NCBI GenBank assembly: GCA_041391605.1
Contig: JAWKNQ010000008.1
Location: 10,732 to 74,731, forward strand
Length of the DNA stretch: 64,000 nt
Source of the DNA: Bacteroidia bacterium
GTDB taxonomy: Bacteria > Bacteroidota > Bacteroidia > NS11-12g > UBA955
Direction: 5' to 3'
This document shows, one piece after another, positions 32,927-41,665 of the stretch; the first letter of the stretch is position 1, and each line of letters opens with the position of its first letter. The notes below the pieces were generated by a model. It searched no databases, had not been told where the DNA came from, and saw only the letters and a list, made by a program, of their open reading frames with translations. The translations under genes were made by a program, and so were the position numbers.

Positions 32927-33395
32927 TCAAAGACGTTTTTATACGTTTCAAAGACAAATCAATCTCCTTCAAAGACGCTATACTAAGTTCATTGGTTTCT
33001 ATACTTTTTTCCCTAAGCTCTGTATAAAACATCTGATGTTCTGTATAAATCACCTAAAGTCCTATATAAAAAGTATGAAGTCCTATATAAAACACCCAAT
33101 GTTCTATATAAATTGCCTAAAGTCCTATATAAAAAGTGTGAAGGCCTATATAAAACACCCAATGTTCTATATAAAATGCCTAAAGTCCTATATAAAAAAT
33201 GTGAAGGCCTATATAAAACTCCTAAAGCTCTATAAAAAAAGTGTGAAGGCCTATATAAAACACCCAATGTTCTGTATAAATCACCTAAAGGACTATATAA
33301 AATGTGTGAAGGCCTATATAAAACTTGCTAAGTCCTGTACTTTTTTCCCGAGTGTCTATATAATTTGGTGGAAGTCCTATATAAATTATACGAGT
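32927..33395. repeat. 21-bp-phased direct-repeat (iteron-like) array
   Basis: TCAAAGAC occurs 3 times at exactly 21-bp spacing (32927, 32948, 32969). Then about 18 units with core (C)CTATATAAA occur every 20-22 bp (33018-33395), organised as a 63-bp higher-order repeat with three unit subtypes. Confidence 0.9.
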
Positions 33396-33857
33396 CCATT
33401 TAAGATGATGTTAAGACTTTTCATTTACCCCATAACCCACTATTTTAGAACGCATTGCACCTATAATTTAGATTCAAGTTCCACAATGCACCAAACAAGC
33501 AACTCCTTATTAAGTTTTATGCTTAACCATATAAACCGCATTGCTAAAAATACTATTCAAGAAGGGAAAACTGTATTTAAACTCCCCAGAGGAGATACGG
33601 ATGATTGGCGATTTGCGCGACCCATGTTGTTGCCTTAGCTTTATCCAAGTAATTGTATGCTGAATACAGATCGTACAAACTAAATTTTATTCAAAACTCA
33701 ATTGAAGCAAGTTCTTGCTTTCGCCAAAACGAAAAACGGAACTCTACCTGGAACCTTCTTGCCCAAACTGAAGCAATTCATTTTGGAAACAAGAGAAAAA
33801 AAATGATGGTAGTCCATTAAAATAAAAATAAAAAATAACCTTAAAAAAAATAAAATT

Positions 33858-34814
33858 ATGAAAAAATCATTTTCTTGTACCGAGCGCGAATTGTATGCGC
33901 TGTGTTTATCAGGCTTGGAAACATGTTCTCAAAACATCGACAGCCTAAAACGTATTAGTCCGCTTTACACGCCTGAATATGTGGAAACACAAAAAAGGCG
34001 TGTGATAGAGACTATGAACTCCTTTGACCATCGACAAAGGGTTGCTCAAAAAGGCAAATTAAGAGCCTTATTGAGTACATCTGCTGAGATGGCATTGGGA
34101 GTTTGGAGACGACTTCGCTTGTATGTGAAGAACAGCTCCGACCCAGATATATTGAAGCAGAATCTCAATGAGATGGGCTTGATGTATCTCGAGAAAGCCA
34201 AACGTCAACAGTGGGAGGAGTATTTAAAGATGCTGCAATCTGGGCAGTCATATATCGTCAACAACAAAGCGGCATTGCTTGAGAATCAAAACATGCCAGA
34301 GAGTTTTGAAGACGAATATGCGGCTGCCCAGGCAGATTTCCTCTCTAAGTACGACGCCTATTTGCGAACGACTATAGAGGGTAAATTGAGTACAGAAAAT
34401 CATATAGAATCTCTAAACGAAATGTACGAAGATTTACAGAAGATGTTTGCTGCGGGAAGGGAGGCATTTGCCGACGATAAAACCAAGGCAAATCTCTTCA
34501 GAATTACCTCTACCTTAAACGCCATCAACAACACAGGTTGGGCTGGCATTAAGGGAAAGGTGAAAGACACTCAAGGCAATCTTGCCGTAATTGAGGGTCT
34601 TGAGATAGAGGTCGTCGAGACCGACGACTTGGTGTTACAGGAACCCGACGGAAGCTTTATGTTCAACCACATGGCTGCGGGAACTTACACCCTCCTCTTA
34701 AGAGCCCCTGGCTACAAAGAGGAGCTTGCCCCGGTGGAAGTAAAAACCGACACCTACACCAACATCGAAATCGAGATGTTTGCCGATGAGGTGGATGACC
34801 CTGTAGAAGACTAA
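33858..34814 (+). CDS. hypothetical protein with C-terminal carboxypeptidase-regulatory-like beta-sandwich
   Basis: 318-aa ORF with a helical N-terminal part. The C-terminus GIKGKVKDTQGNLAVIEGLEIEVVETDD...DGSFMFNHMAAGTYTLLLRAPGYKE is CarbopepD_reg-like. It is visibly more GC-rich than its neighbours. Confidence 0.6.
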   Translation: MKKSFSCTERELYALCLSGLETCSQNIDSLKRISPLYTPEYVETQKRRVIETMNSFDHRQRVAQKGKLRALLSTSAEMALGVWRRLRLYVKNSSDPDILKQNLNEMGLMYLEKAKRQQWEEYLKMLQSGQSYIVNNKAALLENQNMPESFEDEYAAAQADFLSKYDAYLRTTIEGKLSTENHIESLNEMYEDLQKMFAAGREAFADDKTKANLFRITSTLNAINNTGWAGIKGKVKDTQGNLAVIEGLEIEVVETDDLVLQEPDGSFMFNHMAAGTYTLLLRAPGYKEELAPVEVKTDTYTNIEIEMFADEVDDPVED

Positions 34815-34834
34815 AACTATAAACAACACAACTA

Positions 34835-34865
34835 TACCCCTGCAGGAAACTGTAGGGGTATTTTT
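34835..34865 (+). terminator. rho-independent terminator
   Basis: TACCCCTGCAG-GAAA-CTGTAGGGGTA (11-bp stem, GAAA loop) followed by T5. Confidence 0.85.
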
Positions 34866-34947
34866 ATGGGTGACATGTAAAATTAAATCAAAACTACTAT
34901 TTTTGAAGAATAAGGAGTAGAATTAAATTCTTAAACGTAACTCTATC

Positions 34948-35436
34948 ATGACAGACAAACAAAAGGAAATGGACTATTTATTTTTTATGTTTCATGATTT
35001 TGAAATTACAGAATTAACATATAATACTGCAGTCCTTAATATGACAATACGCATACCTTGGGGACAACTTTGGAATGACCATGACTACTTGATTAAACTA
35101 GAATTAACAGGTTGTAACGAGATGAATTGTGTATATTCAGAATTCTTAAACACAGTAGAAAACCTTGCTACAAACTTCCTTTCTTCTGAAGACAAATCGA
35201 CCAATGATTCTAAAGTAATTACATATCTTGGTTTAGAAGTTCAGCGACACATATTTCATCCTCCGAACAAATACGAATTATTATGCAACAGCTCGAAAAA
35301 TCAAATATACGGTGGCGGTCATTTAACATTTACGGCCGAAAATTATAAGCTATTCAATAAAGAAGGAATTCAAGTTGAATTACAACAAATGGAAAAATGG
35401 TTTGATGAATATTGGAAGGAGGATGAAGTGACATAA
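34948..35436 (+). CDS. hypothetical protein
   Basis: 162-aa ORF with no signal peptide and no recognisable family. Confidence 0.5.
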   Translation: MTDKQKEMDYLFFMFHDFEITELTYNTAVLNMTIRIPWGQLWNDHDYLIKLELTGCNEMNCVYSEFLNTVENLATNFLSSEDKSTNDSKVITYLGLEVQRHIFHPPNKYELLCNSSKNQIYGGGHLTFTAENYKLFNKEGIQVELQQMEKWFDEYWKEDEVT

Positions 35437-35519
35437 ATAAAAACATCCCAAACAACTTATAGAACATAACGATTTATTTAAAAACTCTTAAATATTCTAT
35501 GATAACAATATTTGAGAAA

Positions 35520-36233
35520 TCAAAGTATTACCCCCAACTTTAAATGCAAGGTAGAATAATTTCTTGAAGGCCTAAAATTAAAATCATTGGGATCAATATT
35601 CCTATTTGGTTGCCTTCTCACTTTTTCATAATTATAATTATATGTTCCTTCAATTGATATTGAAAAATGATTCTTTATTAGTATTCCAACACTATTGCCT
35701 ACTCCTATTCCTATACTGTTATATGGATTTCGTGAAGTGACAAATTCTCCCCATAAAGAAGCTCTTATGTAGTCTACAAAATATTCTTCTCCTAATCCAT
35801 ACCTATAGTTGGCTGATATATTTGGAGACATGTAAAACATTTTATATCTAAATGTTCGTCCTGTTCCTAATCTAAAAGATTTAAAACCATATGTTATAGT
35901 TTTACCAGGCTCCATTTCAGGTCTATCAGGCTGAGATCTATCTATAAAATAATCTGTGGTACTATAAATTGAATAATAATCCAATTTGGCAAAACACTTT
36001 CTCCAATAATACACGGATAAGGAATAATATTTCGTTGATTCAGCTCTTTTTAAATTGTCTCCATCACCATTGAAAAAATCAACATAATTATTACCTAATT
36101 CGAAAAGAATTCTGCTATTTCGTTTGACAGGTGCAATTGAATCTGTGTCATTTGATGAATAGATACTAGACTTCAATAGGAATAAAAAAAGAAAAAGAAG
36201 CAAAACCTTAATACCATTCATAAGTAAAATCAC
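35520..36233 (-). CDS. hypothetical outer-membrane beta-barrel-like protein
   Basis: 237-aa ORF with a signal peptide and an alternating aromatic/polar pattern rich in Tyr, Gly and Asn. It is the only sizeable minus-strand gene in the island. Confidence 0.5.
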   Translation of the reverse strand: MILLMNGIKVLLLFLFLFLLKSSIYSSNDTDSIAPVKRNSRILFELGNNYVDFFNGDGDNLKRAESTKYYSLSVYYWRKCFAKLDYYSIYSTTDYFIDRSQPDRPEMEPGKTITYGFKSFRLGTGRTFRYKMFYMSPNISANYRYGLGEEYFVDYIRASLWGEFVTSRNPYNSIGIGVGNSVGILIKNHFSISIEGTYNYNYEKVRRQPNRNIDPNDFNFRPSRNYSTLHLKLGVIL

Positions 36234-36584
36234 TATAAATTGAACTTAAATATACTCATCTCCGAATTCAAATATAAATCATTAGTTTAAAGTTTGCTAT
36301 CTTTTGAATATTATTCATGGTATTTTCAATAACACATATTAAGAAAACATACTCTTTGATGCTCGCTAACGCATCCCACCACAACATACCAAGAAACTAC
36401 CCTTCCACAACCTTATTAATTAGCAAAACTCCTAACAGTCTGTCGTAACTATAAATAGGTATTTTGGGGAAATAAAGGGGTAAAAACTTGTTTATGTTGC
36501 CCGTAAGTTTGAAATTGCAAATCAAACACTTACAAACACTTGAATTGCTTAATCAAAAAGAACACAAGCAATTAAATCAACCCT

Positions 36585-38680
36585 ATGGAACAAGAAGGAG
36601 GAAATGGAGGAAAGGAAGATGGAGGTATGAGTAAGTTAGCAGATATTTTAGAACAGACCCCAAATCACACATCAAGCAATACGAAAATAAGTAATGACAA
36701 TAGGCGTAAATCAGACAGTATCACCAATAAAATTTTGTTTTCTAATTGAGCTGCTCTGAAAGCAAATTTGAACGAGCGGTTAAAATTGCGTTTTCGTATT
36801 AGAGGTGGAATTTTCAGCCCAATTTTACCTCTTCATTCTGTATTGCCAGACGAATTTAAAAATGAATATGCTATTAGAGTATGACGCTTTAAATTACTAT
36901 AAAAACACAATAGACAATTTTGACCCTGACATTATTCTTTACGACAATTCTTTGGACGTAGAATATGCTAAGACATTAATTGGAACAGGACTTTACTAAC
37001 AATTGAAGACTTTCTTGCTGACACTGAAAAGGCGAAATTAAATACGGAATAAGTGTTCCTGAACTAATTTCCAACATTATTGAAACAGAGTTTAAGTTTG
37101 TAAGAAATGACAATTTAAAACTTTCCTTAAACCTTACACAAAATTCAGGCTTATTCTTAAAATCATTTATAGGTTTGCTTTGTAGATAGCTTTCAAACGG
37201 AAATAAGTAATCCAATTAAAAATCGTATCCTCATTTTGAACAACCCGAAATAACTTTTGAAAATATTACTGACCATTTTCAAATGAAATAGTAGCACGTT
37301 GGACATCAATATGCAAGAAATCAAATCGTTTCCCGAAGGAAGAGCGTTGGTTTAAGGGCGAAGGTGTTTATTTTCTCAATGAAACAAGGCTAAACGACAT
37401 TATTAACTATTGGAATTTGAGGGCACTTGGTTGGAGTATTATTCCTATACCGTTAAGCCAAATTGACAACCCATATTTTTGCTGGTTTTATAGAAAGATT
37501 TAGTAAATATCAATTAGCAAAATCAGAAAATTTATCAATGTCAATTATTAGCTTTCAAATCAGCGTAACAACGACAACTGAACAAAGGCAAAAAATTGAC
37601 CAAAAGCTCAAGAAATAGAGGAACAAGATTGATGTCAAACTGAATTTTGCATTTCGAGCTGGTTTCCCAGATATTGGGCGGAAGAAAAGTCTGTTTTAGA
37701 AGCCGACAAAGTTTTATGTGGAAAAACACAAATTAGCTCTGCATATTCGCAAGTGGAAGTTCAAGAAAATCGGGTAAAGTTCCAAAACCGATGATTTACC
37801 ATTCAAACTTAAATACAATTACAACCTGACAGCCTCTCATAAAGAAGTAAATCTCATTCAATTACTTTGACGAGTATTTGAACAGATGCAGGCCTGATAT
37901 ATGGTATAGAAACTATTGATTGGGTAAGATTGACACATTCTTTTGGTCGAGATAAGTGGCGATTATCTAAAACTGGTCTAAGCCACTGCGTTAGACGAGA
38001 CGATAGTGAAGTGTATTTTTATGTTCCCAAAGCAAAAGATTTTTCAAAGTGTTTTTCTCTAAAGCTGGAAATAAATTAAATGAAACTTGAAATGGTCGTT
38101 TAGCAAATGAAGTATTAAAAAATATTGGAGGCATACAAGGTTCATATTTTTTGCAAAATAAATCTTCTCTCAAAATACTTGAGTTAATTGAAGACGGAAG
38201 AAAACTGTTTATCACCCACAATTAGTTGGAGAAATAAGAAAAGTTTAAAGACCAATGATAATGAACAAGTAAACTCTTATGTTAAAAGAATAATAGAAAA
38301 CAAAATAATTGAGTTTGGTTCAATTCTACAATGTGAGGTTTGTCATCAGCACGCATTTTATCTTCCATCAAATTGAGGGGAAACAATGCCTTGTGCTATT
38401 TGCAGAAATAATTTTAGTCTGCCAATGCACCACAAACCAAATAAAATGGAAGCAGCATCGTGGAATTGGACCCTTCAGTAAAAACAATAAAGTAGGTGGT
38501 GTAATAACAGTATTTTTAACTCTAAAAGTTATTCAACCAGAGATTGCTGACACTACAGGTAATATGTCTGCACTAATCGGTTTTGAGCTTTTAAAAGACA
38601 ACAATATAAAAAGAAGTTGACCTTGCAGTTATGCTTCAGGAAAAACACAAAGACAGTGTTCCACCCGACTTAATTTTTTA
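36585..38680 (+). pseudogene. heavily frame-disrupted remnant of a large gene (Zn-ribbon plus nuclease-like C-terminus)
   Basis: About 2.1 kb with no ORF over 103 aa, yet protein-like stretches hop among the three + frames. Examples are YVPKAKDFSKCFSLK / AGNKLNETWNGRLANEVLKNIGGIQGSYFLQNKSSLKILELIEDGRKLFITHN / KIIEFGSILQCEVCHQHAFY / MPCAICRNNFSLP / GIGPFSKNNKVGGVITVFLTLKVIQPEIADTTGNMSALIGFELLKD / EVDLAVMLQEKHKDSVPPDLIF. Confidence 0.55.
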
Positions 38681-39067
38681 ATGGAATGTAAAACATATAA
38701 AAACTTCACCTCTGACGATGCAGATAAAATGATTGAATTGAACAGAATTTCCCAATTCAATTCTGACTTACCTACAACACTAAATGACGAATTAACAGAA
38801 AATGAAAAAACGGAAATTTTACGAGTTGTAAATAATTTTAGAACTGGTTACGGTCACCGACCAACAAATCCTGTTCTTATTTTAACCGCAAAGGAATTGT
38901 TACCAAAAGACTTTTGGGGACATTTTTCCGAATACGAAAATGAAGCCAAAACTTATCACAAATACAACGACTGGATTGGAAATTTATGTGAGTTTACCGT
39001 AAAGAAACACTTGAACGTCAAAACTTGGGGTGAAATACAAAGTGAATTATGGCGAAAGCGGAAATGA
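38681..39067 (+). CDS. hypothetical protein, probably the still-open 3' end of the decayed upstream gene
   Basis: 128-aa ORF. Adding one T to the T6 run at 38674-38679 fuses ...EVDLAVMLQEKHKDSVPPDLIF to LMECKTYKNF, creating a D...ExK pattern that resembles PD-(D/E)xK nucleases. Confidence 0.5.
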   Translation: MECKTYKNFTSDDADKMIELNRISQFNSDLPTTLNDELTENEKTEILRVVNNFRTGYGHRPTNPVLILTAKELLPKDFWGHFSEYENEAKTYHKYNDWIGNLCEFTVKKHLNVKTWGEIQSELWRKRK

Positions 39068-39120
39068 AGAAACGAAATGAAGCAATGCAAGACAAGCAAA
39101 CGACCGAATAAAAAAACATC

Positions 39121-39252
39121 TGCTAACAGCATCTACCCAAAAGTGGCGCTTCAGTGGTTAAATCAAGCTTTGTGCTACTATCAAAGTTTGTGCTTGGTTG
39201 ACAGTGAAGTGCTTCGAAATCGCCACCTTCGGGTAGCTGCAAAACGTTAGAA
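39121..39252 (+). mobile_element. candidate integron attC site 1 (132 bp)
   Basis: It has a 5' inverse-core-like TGCTAAC and a 3' core-like GTTAGAA. The imperfect inverted arms are GCATCTACCCAAAAGTGGCG / CGCCACCTTCGGGTAGCTGC. It starts 53 nt after the stop of the preceding ORF. Confidence 0.65.
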
Positions 39253-39285
39253 GACAGTTTAAAACAACCAGATTAAAGACAAAAA

Positions 39286-39921
39286 ATGGAAACCCACATA
39301 TCCTATAGTCTAACAAAGACAATACCAGGTCCAAAACTAAAAACTGAAGGAGTAGAACAAGGTTTTGAGGTTTTAATGAATTGGTGTAAAAAATATACGA
39401 TAGGAACTTTTTATAGTATTGATTTACATTTAACCGTAAATGAAAAGGAAAAAGTTAATTTCGATTTTTTAGATAATGAATTTCTTTTAAAACCTGTCAC
39501 CGGAACAATAGAAGGCAACGAAGGAAAATACAATATCATAGAATGGAAAGTTGTGATTTCAAGATTGCCAACTTTGTTCAAATTCATTTCTGAAAAATTA
39601 GATTTTTTTGAAAAATATAAATCTCAAATTCTTTTCAGCATTGATTTTATTTTATTAAAAGAAGATGGAAATGCCTTAAAAGGACAAAGTCTTTACGATG
39701 AAAATAAACATTCAAGTTTTTTAGTCTTTATAGAGAACAATCTAATATCTTTAGAGCCACATTTTTATCTGCCATTTGAAAAAGATGACGAAGAATTTGA
39801 TAAATTTTTTAATTATCTAAAAGGCAATTTCCCATTTAAATTAGATGATAAAAATTTATATATTTCAATAAAAAATAGAAAATCCAAATGGGGTTTTACA
39901 AGGACAAAATTAAGAAAATAA
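39286..39921 (+). CDS. hypothetical protein (cassette ORF)
   Basis: 211-aa ORF bounded by attC-like sites 1 and 2. I recognise no family. Confidence 0.55.
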   Translation: METHISYSLTKTIPGPKLKTEGVEQGFEVLMNWCKKYTIGTFYSIDLHLTVNEKEKVNFDFLDNEFLLKPVTGTIEGNEGKYNIIEWKVVISRLPTLFKFISEKLDFFEKYKSQILFSIDFILLKEDGNALKGQSLYDENKHSSFLVFIENNLISLEPHFYLPFEKDDEEFDKFFNYLKGNFPFKLDDKNLYISIKNRKSKWGFTRTKLRK

Positions 39922-39929
39922 AAACCGTC

Positions 39930-40061
39930 TTCTAACAGGCGTTTGGCAAAAAAGCGGGTTTAGTGTTTAATTGAAAAATCTACCTCGTATCAACTTTTTT
40001 GTTGGGTTGACAGTTTTGTGCTTCGAAATCCACTTCTTCGCCAAGCGTCAAAACGTTAGGT
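39930..40061 (+). mobile_element. candidate integron attC site 2 (132 bp)
   Basis: TTCTAAC ... GTTAGGT is a perfect GTTRRRY core. The arms are GGCGTTTGGCAAAAAAGCGGG / CCACTTCTTCGCCAAGCGTC. It is gap-free colinear with site 1 and shares the central block GGTTGACAGT..GTGCTTCGAAATC and CAAAACGTTAG, but the arm sequences differ. Confidence 0.7.
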
Positions 40062-40071
40062 TCAAATAGAA

Positions 40072-40815
40072 ATGATGAAATCGAGAAAAGAAATATTAGA
40101 GATTAATCCAACGTTCACAAAATTCATTTTGGACTTGCAGTTGAGTTATAAACCTGAACCATTTGAGGCAGGCGATAGCGTAGCACTTGAATTAAATGAC
40201 GTTGAAGGCACTACTCTAACCAAAGAGTTAGCGGAGAAATTAAATAGAGATCAATATGATGAATTTGAGACAAACAGAGATATAAATCCATTTCCATATT
40301 CAGAAGAATTAGTGTTTATTGAAAATCGTTTGATAATATCTTCAAAGGACAATACAAGCGAATACTTGTCTGATATTGCAAATTCTATAGAAAAAATTAG
40401 ACTTGAATTAAAAGAAACTGACTTGATAGTTTTAGGCGTTCAGAATACGCCTTGGCTTTACCAAGAAAATGATTATTTACCTGCAAAAAACGCTTTAAAC
40501 TATTTAAAACAAAGAGTAAATTCTGAATTTAATGGTGGGTTTTTATTAAAAGAAGAGAGCCTTTTAGAATTTATTCCACACCTTTTTTGGCTAACAAGAT
40601 GTAATACGAGTCTGCCTCATTTTTATATGTCATTTCCAAAATCAAAAACAATAATTTCAATTTGTAAATATGGGGTTCTACACTTTGAGTTCTATAATCA
40701 AGAAGAGAAAATGAGAATACTTCAAATCTTATCAGGCTTAAACTTCAAAGAACTTGATAACTGTGGAGACCCAATTGAATTTGACAATTTTGATGGAAGA
40801 AGAATTGAAATATAA
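40072..40815 (+). CDS. hypothetical protein (cassette ORF)
   Basis: 247-aa ORF bounded by attC-like sites 2 and 3. Confidence 0.55.
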   Translation: MMKSRKEILEINPTFTKFILDLQLSYKPEPFEAGDSVALELNDVEGTTLTKELAEKLNRDQYDEFETNRDINPFPYSEELVFIENRLIISSKDNTSEYLSDIANSIEKIRLELKETDLIVLGVQNTPWLYQENDYLPAKNALNYLKQRVNSEFNGGFLLKEESLLEFIPHLFWLTRCNTSLPHFYMSFPKSKTIISICKYGVLHFEFYNQEEKMRILQILSGLNFKELDNCGDPIEFDNFDGRRIEI

Positions 40816-40821
40816 ATCAGT

Positions 40822-40878
40822 AGCTAACAAAACCTATATGCAATGCTTCGGGACACTGCTATAGCCAAAACGTAATAA
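40822..40878 (+). mobile_element. candidate short attC site 3 (57 bp, degenerate 3' core)
   Basis: AGCTAAC-AAAAC-CTATATGCAATG...CACTGCTATAG-CCAAAAC-GTAATAA. The arms pair as CTATA(T)GCAATG / CACTGCTATAG with one extra T. The 3' core is GTAAT rather than GTTRR. Confidence 0.45.
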
Positions 40879-40880
40879 TT

Positions 40881-41615
40881 ATGATTAAATATTCCCACAT
40901 AGCATTAGTTATCCTGTTTATCTTGACAGGTTGTTCGGGTTATGTAGTTGAAGATGAAGGTGTGTACTATAAAGATTGGAATGAAGCGAGAGGATCTAGT
41001 AAAAGATTATTAAAAGACCTAGACCCAAAGACATTTGAAGTACTGGACGATGATGATTATGGTAAAGATTTCAAATTTGTTTATTATCATGGAAATCCGA
41101 TAATCGGTGCAGACCCTAAAACATTTAAGGTTGTTGGGGACCAATATGCAATAGACAAGAATAGAGCTTATTATGCAGGTCTTGCTATTGAAACATCAAG
41201 TAGTAAAGGCTTTAAAATCATTGACAGTTATTACTCTTGCGACAACAAGGACTATTATTACACAACTAAACCACTTCATGTTTGCTCAACAAAAGATTTT
41301 AAAATATTTCCTAATCCGAACAACGAAAGCGAATATCAGCGTTGGGCAACAGATGGATGTTATTATTATTATATGAATTTTAAAATCCCTTCAGACGATT
41401 ATAAAAATGTTACCTTGTTTAAAGGAAGTCATGGATTTGCTAAAGACAAAAGTTGGGTTTATTGTATGGATAGAAAAATTAATTTTGATGCTGAAGGAAA
41501 TAAAATCATTGACACAGTAGATGTAGCCACATTTACAGTTACAAACTACCTTGATTGTAGAGACAAATTTGGCTGCATAAACCCTTATCATGGACGAGAA
41601 GATTGTACTGAATAA
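40881..41615 (+). CDS. DKNYY-repeat lipoprotein (cassette ORF)
   Basis: 244-aa ORF with the lipobox LTGCSG and repeated D.NYYY/DKN.AYY-type motifs (AIDKNRAYYAG, CDNKDYYY, AKDKSWVY). Confidence 0.65.
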   Translation: MIKYSHIALVILFILTGCSGYVVEDEGVYYKDWNEARGSSKRLLKDLDPKTFEVLDDDDYGKDFKFVYYHGNPIIGADPKTFKVVGDQYAIDKNRAYYAGLAIETSSSKGFKIIDSYYSCDNKDYYYTTKPLHVCSTKDFKIFPNPNNESEYQRWATDGCYYYYMNFKIPSDDYKNVTLFKGSHGFAKDKSWVYCMDRKINFDAEGNKIIDTVDVATFTVTNYLDCRDKFGCINPYHGREDCTE

Positions 41616-41620
41616 TGGCA

Positions 41621-41665
41621 ACCTAACAAAGGGAAATTGCATATTATTATCGCATTTTGTTAGAG
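41621..41665 (+). mobile_element. candidate short attC site 4 (45 bp)
   Basis: ACCTAAC (a perfect RYYYAAC) -AAAGGGAAATTGCAT...ATCGCATTTT- GTTAGAG. It starts 5 nt after the stop of the DKNYY ORF and is shorter than classical attC sites. Confidence 0.4.

Noticed and set aside
33018-33395. Possible CRISPR array, because of regularly spaced direct repeats.
   Set aside because: The units are only 20-22 bp in total, with a core of about 10 bp. There are no unique 25-40 bp spacers between repeats and no cas genes nearby. The higher-order 63-bp structure is typical of tandem satellite or iteron DNA, not CRISPR.
32745-33638. A 297-aa ORF (with an 84-aa ORF on the opposite strand) spanning the tandem repeats, giving a K/Y/I/C/H-rich 21-aa repeat 'protein'.
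   Set aside because: The ORF coincides with a 21-bp (7-codon) DNA periodicity that keeps frames open on both strands. Its composition (Cys, His, Phe, Tyr-rich, no recognisable domain or signal peptide) is unlike real proteins. I treat it as noncoding repeat DNA, though translation is not strictly excluded.
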